Positions 40,567-53,415 of a stretch of DNA of 64,000 bases are shown here, piece after piece. Where the stretch lies: positions 15,438,001 to 15,502,000 of the forward strand of contig OZ024742.1 of assembly GCA_964016885.1 (NCBI GenBank), read 5' to 3'. Under the pieces are notes generated by a model. The model saw only the letters and a program-made list of their open reading frames with translations. It did not search any database and was not told where the DNA came from. Position numbers and translations under genes: made by a program. Source of the stretch: Eledone cirrhosa. Taxonomy: Eukaryota. Position 1 is the stretch's first letter; the number at the start of each line of letters is the position of its first letter.

Positions 40567-41160
40567 GGTGGCTGCCAACTCGTTTTCGAGTACGGCCACT
40601 ACTTTATATCCATGTAGGAGAACCCCTACCGATGCGCTGAAAGAGTGTGACTTTTCAGTCCAGCCAGCGACTTGAAAACTCTGGTACAAACACTACTCTT
40701 GTGACAATTATTGACACATAGTGCTGGGCCCATGGTACCATGTGACGACAAGTGCAGAGAGGTCTCCAGATATAAAGCAATGCCTGTGCCGTGAAGCTTT
40801 TATAGTGAGCAAAGCACTGCACGAAGCCAGTCCCACTCTCTTAACCAAGATGATATTTACCAAAAAGAAGAACAAGTCAACATCATTGGATACCATCAGG
40901 GTCGCAGGTGTTATATCAGAGTTTTCCTTCTCCTAGAATTCTGCCTTGACAAAGGCTAAGGGGTCATCTCTCCCGGTGATTTTGGATGGCCATTGACTCT
41001 TAAGAGCTCCTTTGCTCTTTGACAGGTTTTGTTTTTAGTCCTGCAGGATGTCCAAATTCACCCTCCTCACCAAGAAACCTTGGTGGGGTTGCCAGTTTAG
41101 TCGCCAACAACCCGACCATGGGACAGGTTGTACTGGGATACATGTTACCAGTAGCACCAA
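40567..41160 (-). mobile_element. Non-coding dispersed-repeat fragment, possibly the structured 5' UTR of an RTE-type element
   Basis: 41046-41159 is repeated at 55889-56003 and is TA-flanked. The 5'-UTR assignment is inference from motif resemblance. Confidence 0.5.
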
Positions 41161-41230
41161 CTGTATATATGTATATGTATGTATATACATATATATATAT
41201 ACATATATATACATACATACAAATTATTAT

Positions 41231-41314
<84 letters not shown>

Positions 41315-41907
41315 ATATATACATACATAGGCTTGGCAACTTGTTGGTACGGACGTGAATTGTTGAACGTCCAGATTTGAAATTTTAAAATTTTAAATCG
41401 ATAGTAATCGCTTTTATGTATGGCCTTAATTTTTCAGAAGACAAGGAAAACATACAAAAAGATAAGTTTTTGTGCTTTGATGCGATTATTTTGACATATA
41501 TTTTACATATATTAGCGTTTTAAACATGTTTATTTTCACTGTGATATCCTCCTAAAAACAACACACACACGTGCTTTCTATTTTTCTTTGACTACCATAC
41601 AGAGTATACGTAATTATAATTTTAGTACGTAATTTAATTTTAATTTTAATTTAACTTAAGTAGATCTTGTATTATTTTGTTTTTTCTGAGTAACATAATT
41701 TAATTTAATATAATTTTATTTGTTTTTGACTCGGAGAGCATGTATGTTTGTCTCTCTCTCTCTCTAGATCACACGAGCTCTACCCCCCTCCTCTCTCTCT
41801 AAATCGCACCTTGAATTTCTCACCAGACTTATCTATCTCCTCTATCTCTCTCTAACCTTTCCTCCCACTCTTCCCGCTATCTCTCTCGCTCCTCTTTTCT
41901 GTCTCTC

Positions 41908-42107
41908 NNNNNNNNNNNNNNNNNNNNNNNNNNNNNNNNNNNNNNNNNNNNNNNNNNNNNNNNNNNNNNNNNNNNNNNNNNNNNNNNNNNNNNNNNNNNN
42001 NNNNNNNNNNNNNNNNNNNNNNNNNNNNNNNNNNNNNNNNNNNNNNNNNNNNNNNNNNNNNNNNNNNNNNNNNNNNNNNNNNNNNNNNNNNNNNNNNNNN
42101 NNNNNNN
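41908..42107. other. Assembly gap (200 N)
   Basis: Run of n. Confidence 1.
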
Positions 42108-45100
42108 ATTTCTCACTGGACTTATATCTCCCTCCCTCTGCCCTCTCTAACTTCTACTCTACACTTCCCACTATCTCTCTTTCTCCCCTCCACAGCAAAA
42201 TGGACTGCATACAGGAAAAAGGTGAAATTAGGAGTCAGCGAAACTGGTCAAAGATGGAACTAACGGTTTTGATCAAGGGGTGAACCATGGCTGATGGGTC
42301 TCCACCAAGCAAAAAGATGGCGGAGAACCTGAAAAGCCATGGGTTTCTGAGGACCCTGGCACAGATAGAGAGAAGGAGAAAAGAAATTGAGAAGGCGTAT
42401 GTCCTCATAGCGTCACATATGGCGATGCTAAGCCGTGTCCTCAGGGAGGAGAAAACCGAAGAGAAGGGAGAGGAGAGGGAGAAAGAAAAAGAAAAGGAGG
42501 AAAGCACAAGCACGGACCTGAAAGAAAATGAGATACCCTCCGCCACAGTCAGGGAGGGCAGGCCGGGCAACCAACAAGCAAAAGGTAAAGGTGAAAAGCG
42601 AAATCACCTTCCGAAGGAGAACCAAGCGCAGAGGGACCAGTGGACAACTGTTCAAAGAAAGAACAGAAAGCACCGAGACACTGGGAGCAAAAAAACCCAA
42701 GTAATGTGCAAGTTTTTCAAGAACGGGACCTGCTGGCATGGAGAGACAGGGATGGGATGCAAATTCGCCCACCCCAGGTCTCAAACGAACTATGCCCATC
42801 CTACTCGCGCAACATGCCCCAGCCAAAGCCGAAATAAGCCGCTCCAGAAGTATGCTGATGTCGCGCGTGCCGCACCAACAAGGAGAAGGCACGCACATGC
42901 CGACGAGATACAGATGGCAGCAGCAGAGCAGAACAAGTTTTTAGTGATGGCAGCAGCAGAGCAGAACAAGTTTTTAGTGATGGCAGAGAAGATTGTGGGA
43001 CAGCTGACCTGGCTGCATCGTTTCCAGAGCCAGGGTCACCCACACCAGCACTCGAGACCACCACAGCTAAGGGACCCAGAGTGGCCGCCGCTGACACCAG
43101 ACCAGGTGTCATACCGACAGCCATTACTGGCACCACAAAAGTCACACCAGTGCTGCTGCTGAATGTCAGAGGCCTGGTGAAACTCAGTAACATGAGTAAA
43201 ATTTCCTACCTGGGAGACTTAGCCATAAGCAATCAAGCATTATGCATGCCACTAACCGAAACGCACATGACAAGCAGTATAGCAGAAATACATATACCGA
43301 AATATACTGTATTTCGTTCGGACAGGAAGGAGAGAACTCATGGTGGGGTTGCTCTGTATATCCGTGAAGATGTCACACCAATTGTACTGTTGACACATTC
43401 AAACTCAGTCTGTGACACACTGATAGTACATATGAAGCAACTACAGACAGTAATATGTGTCACATATCGGCGCCCGATTCCCCCAGTCATGAGGGTAAAT
43501 TTGAGGATAGCCTAAGTAGGATAAAAGAGGTCCTTGACAAACTGGACCAGGGTCTCAACATTCTACTGCTGGGAGTCTTCAAACTACCAAAGGTCAAATG
43601 GCCTGAGGGCCACCTCCTCCCTGGAATGACGTCAATAGAACAGAGACAGATGGAATCCCTGCTGGCCCTCACATACAGGCTGTTCATGGAGCAAGCAATA
43701 TTCCTCCCAACAAGAGGCGAAAATGTCCTGGACCTCTGTTTTACAAACAACGAAGTGCTCATCCACAATGTAAAGGTGACACCAACAATTCTCTCGGATC
43801 ATAACTTAGTAGAGCTAATGATATGTGGTCCGAGAGAACCAACAGAGACAAAAACCACCAAGAAGCTCCGAGACGTTATCCAGCCTTAACTTCTACAAGG
43901 CCAACTGGAAAAAGATTAAGAGAGAAATCCGGAAGCAAACATGGAGTGAAAACACCGCCACAAAAGACACTAACACACAATTTCAACACTTCATGACAAC
44001 GATACACACTATATGCAAAAAGTTTGTCCCAGAGAAAAAGGCAAACAGACACAAAAATCTTATTCCCAGAGATAGGAAAATCCTTATGAGACGTAGAACC
44101 AAGCTCTCAAACTAGTTGAATAGTCAACAAGAAAACAAAAACAAGAAGGAATCCTATTTAAAATGTGCACTACTTGGCACCGAGATTGCACTCAAACTTT
44201 CCCATGAAAATGAAAGGGCAAAGAAAGAGAACAGGGCCATAGAAAACATTAAAACAAACCCTAAGGCCTTCTTTAAATTTGCAAAAGAAACTGCCTCGGT
44301 ACACTGCAAGATTGGGCCACTCTTCCATAACCGAAAACCCCCAAGAGATATGTGAAATACTGAACGAACAGTACAAAAGTGTGTTCACATGTCCACTGAG
44401 GCACATACAAATAACGAAGCCAGAGGAGTTCTTTGATGCCACAACACTACATGAAGAAATGGCGACCATCAACCACATAGACATAACGGAGGAGGTTGTG
44501 GTGTACGCCATAGATGAAATTAGAACACTCAGCTGCTGGACCTGATGGATTCCCAGCAGTTCTCTTAAAAATATGTAAACGGGCCTTAGCAACTCCACTG
44601 AAGATGCTCTTCAGAAGCTCCTTGGCTAGCGGTGTAATACCCAGGGAGCTGAAAGAAGGCACAATATGTCCTATCCATAAAGGAGGTAGCAGAGCGGAGG
44701 CCAAAAACTATAGTCCAGTCTCCCTGACGTCGCATATCAGTAAGGTCATGGAGCGGGTCGTCAGAAAGAAACTGATCACTTTCCTTGAGGAAAATGACCG
44801 CCTGAATAACACGCAACATGGCTTCCGCCCAAGAAGAAGCTGCCTTACACAGCTGCTACATCACTACGACTGGGTACTGAAACAACTACTAGACAGCTCA
44901 CATGTGGACGTGATATATCTTGACTTTGCGAAGGCCTTTGACAAGGTCGACCATGGAATGATATGTCACAAACTACACGGATTCGGCATAACTGGAAAAG
45001 TAGGTGAGTGGCTGCATGACTTCCTAAAGGCCAGAAGCCAGACAGTCGCAGCAAATGGGGCCCTCTGAAAGGAAACACCAATAACAAGTGGGGTGCCCCA

Positions 45101-45440
45101 GGGGACAGTCCTGAGACCACTACCTTTTTTTGGTGGCTCTCTCAGACATGCTCTCTGTAGTACATACAACAACGTCCCTCACTAGCTATGCTGATGACAC
45201 TAAGGTAGCACAGGCAATCAAAAACCCGGCTGACGCTGCCCTTTTACAACAAGATCTGGATGCCATATACAAATGGGCGGAAGAAAACAACATGCAGTTT
45301 AATGCTGGCAAATTCCAAGCCCTACAATACAAACCTCCAAACAAACCTGCAAACACAAATATAGTACAACACAACTACACAGGACCAGGAGGGACCGATA
45401 TCCCTGTGTCAAAATCGATACGAGACCTGGGCATAGACAT
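42108..45440 (+). mobile_element. Second, decayed CR1/L2-group LINE copy; keeps CT-rich 5' region (possibly from ~41750) and ORF1 start, 3'-truncated
   Basis: ATG at 42200 in frame with ORF1, with a W-to-stop change at 42281. ORF2 is broken into several fragments and ends at DLGID. Confidence 0.92.
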
Positions 45441-45731
45441 ATATATGTATATACAGATACTGTATATCTGTATTAATACTACTACACCAAACGACCAGCC
45501 CTGTCCATTGTTCAATTGGTCAAATATAAATTAAAATAGGCACTCCCAAAAATTCTTATTTAGATAAAATAAGCCATATACTCATTGTATTCTCATTAAA
45601 AACCTTCTATATACTTGTTTACCAGCAAATTGAATTGCCATCTGTCATATACTATCCCTTCTCTTCTTCCTTTCTTACAACTAATATAAATACTTTAACT
45701 TTTCTGATTTTTTCCAATTTATCCAATATCT

Positions 45732-45845
45732 CTGAAGAAGTGACAACTGATTATACATTTGCTATCGAATACTTGCTAACATTATATGATTACGCAAGCA
45801 GCGATACATAGGTATTCCGTCTGTTACAGAAACATATGTCAATAC
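45732..45845 (+). ncRNA. Hammerhead-like fold with ~85-nt stem II insert, inside a non-coding insert at ~45445-45892
   Basis: CTGAAGA A GTGACA...TGTTAC A GAAA CATATG TC, with palindromic stem III (ACATATGT). Stem I is poor. Confidence 0.55.
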
Positions 45846-45994
45846 CTAATAAATTCCTTTATAAAAGCACTTTCTTTTTATATTCATCTTTTATATATAT
45901 ATATACATAGAGAGAGAGAGAGAGAGAGTAAAAGATATATATGTATATATATATAGAGAGTATATATATAAAAGAGTAAAAGAGTATATATATA

Positions 45995-47776
45995 TCATCA
46001 TCATCATCACCGTTTTACGTCCGTTCTTCCACGCTAGCATGGGTTAGACGGGTTGTCCTGTTGTGGGCAGTGTCTGGTCGGCTGACCATGACTTGCTCAT
46101 ACAGGAACTGATTTGGCTTGATTTCTACAGCTGGATGCCCTTCCTAACACCAACCTCATTTACAGTGAGTGCTGGGTGCTTTTTCGTGGCGCCTACACGT
46201 CCACTTTACAGTGTGGGCTGGGTGCTTTTTTTCCATGGCACCTCCACGACCACCTTGCGGTGGGGGGTGTGGGGGAATATTGTCTATATGCTTCAGCTTG
46301 TACTCATGGGAGGTCGGGTACTCTGTATTACTGCGTGACGCCAGAGGTCACGGTCGTGTGTCATTGCCTTTGAGAGGTGTAATTGGGTAAGGTCGGCTTT
46401 TATCACCTCATCCCAGGTCATCTTGGGTCTCCCCACTCCGCGGTTTCCATCGACTTCTAGTGCTCTGCACCTTTTTATGCAGCTGTCATCCTTCATACGC
46501 ATCACATGTCCATACCAGCGCAACTGCCTCTCCTGCACACAGCATTTGATTCCTCTTATGCTCAGTCTCTCTCTCAATTCATTTATGCTTTGTCGTTCAC
46601 GTATATTACTGTTACACATCCATCGGAGCATGCAGGCTTCGTTTCTCTCTAATCTACGTAAGTCTTTCACCTTCAGCGCCCAAGTCTCACTACCATGCAA
46701 CATCGCTGTTCGGATACACGCATCATACAGTCTGCCTTTCATTCTGAGGGAGAAGCCTTTTGCAGCTAGCAGTGGTAGTAGTTCCCTAAACTTCTTCCAT
46801 CCCGTTCTTACCCTAGTTATTGTACTTTCTGAACACCCACCTCCGCTGCTAATTCGGTCACCTAGGTAGCAGAAGCTGTCTACTGTTTCTACAGAGCCCT
46901 CCCAGAGATTGGTGGTACTTGTTTCCTGTGGCGGTTTGCTGCTTGCTGTCCCAGCACAGCTGCTGCATGTGAAGCCTACATTCTTAATTAAGCTTCCTGA
47001 GATCCCGCTACATCTCTTGTGTACCCACTGTTTGCATTTGGGGCAGAGAATGGAGTTCCTAGCTACACCTTTCCTACATACTGAGCAAGGCCATTTCCCT
47101 GAGGGGATCTGGGTTCTGTTTTCTCGTCTACTTACAAGGACCATAGTCTTTGTCATGTTGATTTGAGACCCTTTCTTTCTAGTCCCTGCTTCCAAGTTTG
47201 GAATTTATTCTCTAGTTCCACCATAGATTCAGCTATAAGTGCGAGGTCATCAGCATACAGGAGTTCCCATGGGCATCCGGTCTTAAACTCCTCCGTTATT
47301 GCCTGCAGGACTATGATGAACAGGAGGGGGCTAAGAACAGAGCCCTGGTGGACCCCAACCTGTACGCTAAATTCCTCGCTATACTCATTGCTAATCCTAA
47401 CTTTGCTGACTGCTCCCCTATACATGGCTTGTACCGCTTTCACAAGCCATTCATCTACTCCTAGTTTTCTAAGAGCCCACCAGATTACAGCACGTGGAAC
47501 TCTGTCAAAGGCTTTCTCGTGATCGACGAATGCCAAGTAGAGTGGCTTACTTTTAGCTAGGTACTTTCCCTGTAGCTGCCTCACAAGGAAGAGGGCATCA
47601 GTGGTGCCTCTTCCTGGTACAAACCCAAATTGCATCTCGTCTATTTTCACCCGGTCCCTAATCAACTGTGCTATAACTCTTTCTGTTACTTTCATACTTT
47701 CATGACCTGGTCCATCAGCTTTATACCTCTATAGTTTCCTCTATCTAGTGCATCACCTTTACCTTTGTATCACCTT

Positions 47777-47779
<3 letters not shown>
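45995..47779 (-). mobile_element. 5'-truncated RTE LINE (relative of family A with a different 3' UTR)
   Basis: ORFs 47153..47695 and 46293..47195 encode RT and C-terminus. (GAT)n tail at 45995-46010. Confidence 0.92.
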
Positions 47780-47869
<90 letters not shown>

Positions 47870-47879
47870 CTATATATAT

Positions 47880-48526
47880 ATATGAAGACGTAAAATAAGA
47901 AAATTTTAAAAATTAAAAATTAACTTACTAAAATTTTCACTCCAACTAATTAGTTTCTGTAATGGGATAAATATAGTTACGCAATGTAACTATCGAGAAT
48001 TCATTACGTCATCAGGGAGTCTATTCTCAGCTAAGTCCCCAGGAAATTCGCGGACACTAGGAACTCATATAAAAATAATAATTCGGTGGATGGAACAGCT
48101 AGCGGGGACTGAATTCCATAGCACTGAAAAAGTTCACTGTCTCTGGTCAAGTGGCAGATTCTAAAGAATCAATCACGTGACACTGAAGCTAGTCAGTAGG
48201 AGTGGGGTGGTATTATGACAAGAGCCTACTACCACTACAAAGAATTAGCAGTGGATTTGGCAAGTTTGCTCAACAAATAAATAATTTGGAGATAAATATA
48301 GAGAATTAGTATATTTACCAACATATGCGTATAGATGTACACTAATGCTAGCAAATACATAAGTTATGTCATAGTACCTAGGTGGTTCTATGCAGGGGGA
48401 TGCAGAACAATTATATGAAAGACGTAAAATAAGAAAATTTTAAAAATTAAAAATTAACTTACTAAAATTTTCACTCCAACTAATTAGTTTCTGTAATGGG
48501 ATAAATATAGTTACGCAATGTAACTT
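47880..48526 (-). mobile_element. Non-coding ~534-bp unit plus ~110-bp direct terminal repeat (pseudo-LTR/retrozyme-like)
   Basis: 47880-47990 is repeated at 48414-48524, contains an HHR and is TA-flanked. Confidence 0.75.
47939..48020 (-). ncRNA. Type I hammerhead ribozyme with extended stem II
   Basis: Minus strand reads ACTCC CTGATGA C GTAATG..(ATAGTTAC-attgc-GTAACTAT)..CATTAC A GAAA CTAATTAG TT GGAGT. Confidence 0.78.
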
Positions 48527-48528
48527 TC

Positions 48529-48586
<58 letters not shown>

Positions 48587-48622
48587 AAAGAGCAAAGAAG
48601 AAAAAATATATATATACATATG

Positions 48623-48672
<50 letters not shown>

Positions 48673-48716
48673 TGTATATATATGTATATATGTATATATG
48701 TATATATATATGTATA

Positions 48717-49622
48717 CATGGAAACTACTGTGAGGCCTTAGGAGGAAGCAACACACAAAACACTAAAAGCAAAAATAGAAGAAGAAATAATACATTTTTC
48801 AACCCTCCTTTCAACCTAAATGTCTCCACCAACATACCTAGGGCTTTCTTCTCACTACTAGATAAAAACTTCCCTCTAGGACACAAGTACCACAACCTCT
48901 TAAACAAAAACACCATTAAAATCTCATACTCTACGACGCCTAACTTAGCATACCACATAGCTAGCAGCAATAATAGTAAAATTAGTTCTTACTTCCAACA
49001 AACAAAATCACAACGGGATGCAAACCCTCTAAATACCACTGTAGCAAGCAACAATAGCAACGGCAGTAACAATAGAAATAACACTAGTATAAGTAATAAC
49101 ACCAGGGTTGTCAACCCGAACACCCAAAATCCTATATCCACTACACAGACTTCCGCATTGCATTATAACCAGCGGACTAACGCACAGAATAATTGTAACT
49201 GTAGAGCTAATAGAACCTGCCCTTTAGATAAAAAATGCCTAACCAAGGATGTCATATACTCATGCACAGTCACGACTAATAACTCTTCAGAAACCTATGT
49301 AGGCTCCACTTCTAACTGCTTCAAAATCAGATATAACTCGCACATCCACTCGTTCAAAAAGCACAGCCTAGCCAACTCCACCTCACTTTCTAGCTACATA
49401 CACTATCTAAAATCTAAAAATAAACCATATACACTCAAATGGGAAGTGATAGGCAGCGCGACCTCGTACAAACCACCTAATAAATTCTGTAACCTCTGTA
49501 TACTAGAGACACACAATATTATCTTCTCCAACCGTAACCTACTTAACAAAAAATCTGAGGTGTTTGCAACTTGCCAGCACCGCCTCAGACATTCCTTCCA
49601 AAACTTTAAGCCCTATATATAG
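48717..49622 (+). CDS. PLE-C C-terminal linker + GIY-YIG endonuclease (partial)
   Basis: ORF 48672..49622 excluding its microsatellite start. Confidence 0.85.
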   Translation, partial: HGNYCEALGGSNTQNTKSKNRRRNNTFFNPPFNLNVSTNIPRAFFSLLDKNFPLGHKYHNLLNKNTIKISYSTTPNLAYHIASSNNSKISSYFQQTKSQRDANPLNTTVASNNSNGSNNRNNTSISNNTRVVNPNTQNPISTTQTSALHYNQRTNAQNNCNCRANRTCPLDKKCLTKDVIYSCTVTTNNSSETYVGSTSNCFKIRYNSHIHSFKKHSLANSTSLSSYIHYLKSKNKPYTLKWEVIGSATSYKPPNKFCNLCILETHNIIFSNRNLLNKKSEVFATCQHRLRHSFQNFKPYI

Positions 49623-51065
49623 CAATGTCGGACTGGAACCTAACACCACATCTAGCATCAAACACCAGAGACACACCCTATACTACATACCCAACACTAG
49701 CTGATCCATTATAACACAAACAACGACATCCCTCTGGAACCCTTCGCAGGGAAAATATCCATTTATACCTCTACGGCAGGTGTGACAACATCCACCCACT
49801 TGGACGGCACTACACCGCTCTAAGGGTAATTTGAGCATGAATTGATCGGTTGGATGGTGTTGGGCAGAGGAAACACCTTCCTTAGACAGATGTAAAATGA
49901 TTTAATCGAGTAGCGCTGTTGACCAGTAGGACCGGGCTGCTGAGCGCAGTGAGTGAATGCAATGCAACTGCCGTGCGGGTTGTACGTATATGGATGATCT
50001 GACGGTCAGAGAGGGGTCGCGAGGACTGCGGATTGACCTTTGGCCTGCCTGGGGACGATTATCTTTCGACATCCAATGTAGCAAGCGATGACCCAGATCT
50101 TACCAGAGATCATTGGGTCCTGAAGCAATCCTGCAATCACCGCGCCTGGTCATATGAGCAGACTACAACCACAGAGATCATTAATTTAGAATCCTCGCTC
50201 ATCATCTATAATTTCCATTTGTAGCACCTTAAGATGGGTTAATCCACCTTAATAATAATATGATCACCTTCAGCATAATTTAGTTAAACTACTCTATAGT
50301 TAGTACACTTTATGCTTTAAAAGTCTCTCTTGGAAGGTGCACCTCACCATAGAATTTAGGGTCTATATTGGGACACATTTTAATGGCTAGATATAGAAAC
50401 CCCAGAGTTACCTCCCCGCATGCATTAACTCCCCTTAGCCACACACACACTTCCGGTATTCAATGGCGTTTCTCGAAACGTAACAACCTCCTGTATCGAA
50501 CTAAAGAACACCAGACTACGATCTCTAACTGGATTGTCGTGGATTATGTGAAAGGCATATAATCGAAATATACACTCCCTTGACCATGAAAATGCCGAAG
50601 TACATGAATTACTTGACATCCCTGCGCTGTGCATCTCCAATACTTATAACACTTTTAATGCTTGCACTATCTTTAATGCTTATAATATTTCTCCACACAC
50701 AGACTATATCAATCATATAAAGACTTTGCCACCAGATCTACCAACCTAACACTCTTATTTACCTACCTAAGTGCCTCTACCACACATATCTCTCTGCCAC
50801 ACTATATAAACAAGACGCACATGCGTGCCACACATATAACATTTGCACTATATAACCACTTATCTTCATGTTGTACTTTAACCTATATCTTTGATTTTTG
50901 ATTGTACCTATTAATATAAATGTAATCTCGAAGTGTGTACTGCCACTCTAAATTCTGTAATGAATGTTGACCCACAATGTTTGAATATGTATCAATGTTT
51001 GAATATGTATTGGTATGTCTCTCGGCTGAAAAGGAGGTCATATAACTGTCCATGCATTAATAAAT

Positions 51066-51112
51066 TGCTCCGAAGAATCCAAACCTCGGTTTGGAGGAAA
51101 CAGCTGTAAGCA
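51066..51112 (+). ncRNA. Minimal hammerhead with a U4-to-C core change
   Basis: TGCT CCGAAGA A TCCAAACC-tc-GGTTTGGA G GAAA CAGCTG TA AGCA. Confidence 0.68.
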
Positions 51113-51350
51113 CAATAATGTTTTGAACAGTTCTTTGATTCTTATATTTCATATAACTGCTCTGTAAATCATCTGATGTTTTTACATTGAGCTACTTAAC
51201 TTACTGGTAATAAGGTAGTAATACATTACTGCCTACCACTATTTAGGGTGTGTGCAAAATACTTACAACTGCTTAAGGTTTTGTGTTTACATAACCATAA
51301 ATAGTATAACTAATACTATATGTATACATATATATATATGTATATATATG

Positions 51351-51383
<33 letters not shown>

Positions 51384-51470
51384 GTATATATATATAGAGA
51401 TATAGATATATGTATATATATATATGTATACATATATATATGTATATATATATATATATATATGTATATA

Positions 51471-53203
51471 TTGACTTGGAGAAAGCCTTTGACAGAGTCC
51501 CACGCCCCATTATCTGGTGGGCTCTTAGAAAACTAGGTGTTGATGAATGGCTTGTGGAGTTATATACAAGCCATGTATAAAGAAACAGTCAGCAAGGTTA
51601 GAATTAACAACGAATATAGTGAAGAGTTTAGTGTAAAAGTTGGTGTTCATCAGTGCTCCGTTCTTATCCCCCTACTATTTATTATTGCCCTGCAGGCTAT
51701 AAAAGAGGAGTTCAAGACCGGCTGCCCATGGGAACTTCTATATGCAGATGATCTAACGCTCATAGCTGAATCAATGGCTGAACTAGAGAAGAAATTCCAA
51801 ACACGGAAGCATGGCCTAGAATCAAAAGGCCTTAAAGTTAACCTGGCTAAGACCAAAGTTCTAGTTTGTAGGAAGGAAAATAGGGCACCGATCCCATCTG
51901 GGAAATGGCCATGCTCAGTGTGTAGGAAAGGAGTAGGTAGAAACTCCATTTTATGTCCCAAATGCAAAGTATGGGTGCATAAAAGATGTAGTGGGATCAC
52001 AGGTAAGCTAACTAAGAATATAGATTTTATATGTGGCCGGTGCTCTGGTGCAATAAGTGGCAGCAAGTTCCCACAAAATACTGGCTCATTCCATTGCACA
52101 GATGGTTCTATAGAAATAGTGGACAGCTTCTGTTACCTGGGTGACAAAATCAGCAGTGGGGGAGGGTGCTCTGAAAGTACAGTAGCTAGAGTCAGAACGG
52201 GATGGAAAAAGTTCAGAGAGCTTATACCACTATTGGCCGCTAAGGGGTTCTCTCTAAAAATGAAAGGCCTGCATACGAACAGCAATGTTACATGGCAGTG
52301 AGACCTGGGCATTGTGTGCAGAGGATATACGCAGACTGGAGAGGAACGAAGCTTGCATGCTCCGCTGGATGTGTAATAGTAATATACGTGAACGGCAAAG
52401 CATAAACGAACTAAGGGAGAAATGAGGAATAAGGGGGATCAGATGTTGTTTACTCGAGAGAAGACTATGTTGGTACGGTCACGTGATGCGCATGAAAGAC
52501 GACAGCTGTATAAAAAAGTGCAGGGCGATAAAAATAGACGGTAGCCACGGAGTAGGCAGACCCAGAAAAACCTGGGACGACTTGATAAATTCCGACCGCA
52601 CACACTTACACCTCTCCAAGACAATGTCACTGGACCGAGAGCTTTGGCGCTACACAGTTATACAGAAGACTCGCCTTGCCTAAGTACAAAGCGAAACCTA
52701 CAGTCAGTAGGCACCTCTAACAAAATACACCTCCGTCCCACTACCCCCATCCCATCCACACCACCCCCTTAAATGTAAAGTTATGTTGGTATCACAACAT
52801 CCAGTCCGAAACAAATGAGGTCGTGTAGGTGTCACGACAAAAACAAAAAACACAGTCCACGCTGTAATGTGGTCGTGTAGGTAACACGGTAAAAACCTCC
52901 CAGCAGTACACACTGTAAACGTGGTTGGTGTTGGGAAGGGCACCCAGACGTGTAGGTGTCACGACAAAAAAACACACAGTCCACGCTGTAATGTGGCCGT
53001 GTAGGTAACACAGTAAAAACCTCCCAGTCCACACTGTAAACGTGGTTGGTGTTAGGAAGGGCATCCAGCCGTAGAGAACCCGCCAGACAGTCCTATACGA
53101 GCAGGACAACCAATCTTGCCTCAAGTGGGAAAACTCCCGTCCAAACCCATGCAAGCGTGGAAGATGGACGTTAAACGATGATGGTGATGATGATGATGAT
53201 GAT
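51471..53203 (+). mobile_element. 5'-truncated RTE family A copy with a ~125-bp tandem duplication in the 3' UTR
   Basis: Collinear with 12085-13704. CGTGTAGGTGTCACGACAAAA occurs at ~52822 and ~52949. Confidence 0.93.
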
Positions 53204-53210
53204 GTATATA

Positions 53211-53295
<85 letters not shown>

Positions 53296-53323
53296 GTATA
53301 TGTATATATATGTATATGTATAT

Positions 53324-53391
<68 letters not shown>

Positions 53392-53415
53392 GTATATATA
53401 TATGTATATATATAT

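Larger units (their letters stand above)
48717..51320 (+). mobile_element. Penelope-like element family C, 5'-truncated, with ~1.7-kb non-coding 3' region ending in a hammerhead
   Basis: FFNPPF..TNI, KISYS, CNC..CPL..CL, VIY...YVGST, CNLC, LLNKKSE..CQH. The continuity of the long 3' region with the element is inferred. Confidence 0.75.

Noticed and set aside
45925-45990. TAAAAGAG words as the missing 3' tail of the 42.1-45.4 kb LINE
   Set aside because: The intervening ORF2 end and 3' UTR are absent, so the link cannot be supported.
49960-50030. CNC..YMDD peptide suggesting an RT motif
   Set aside because: The frame is short and no other RT motifs surround it; likely chance.
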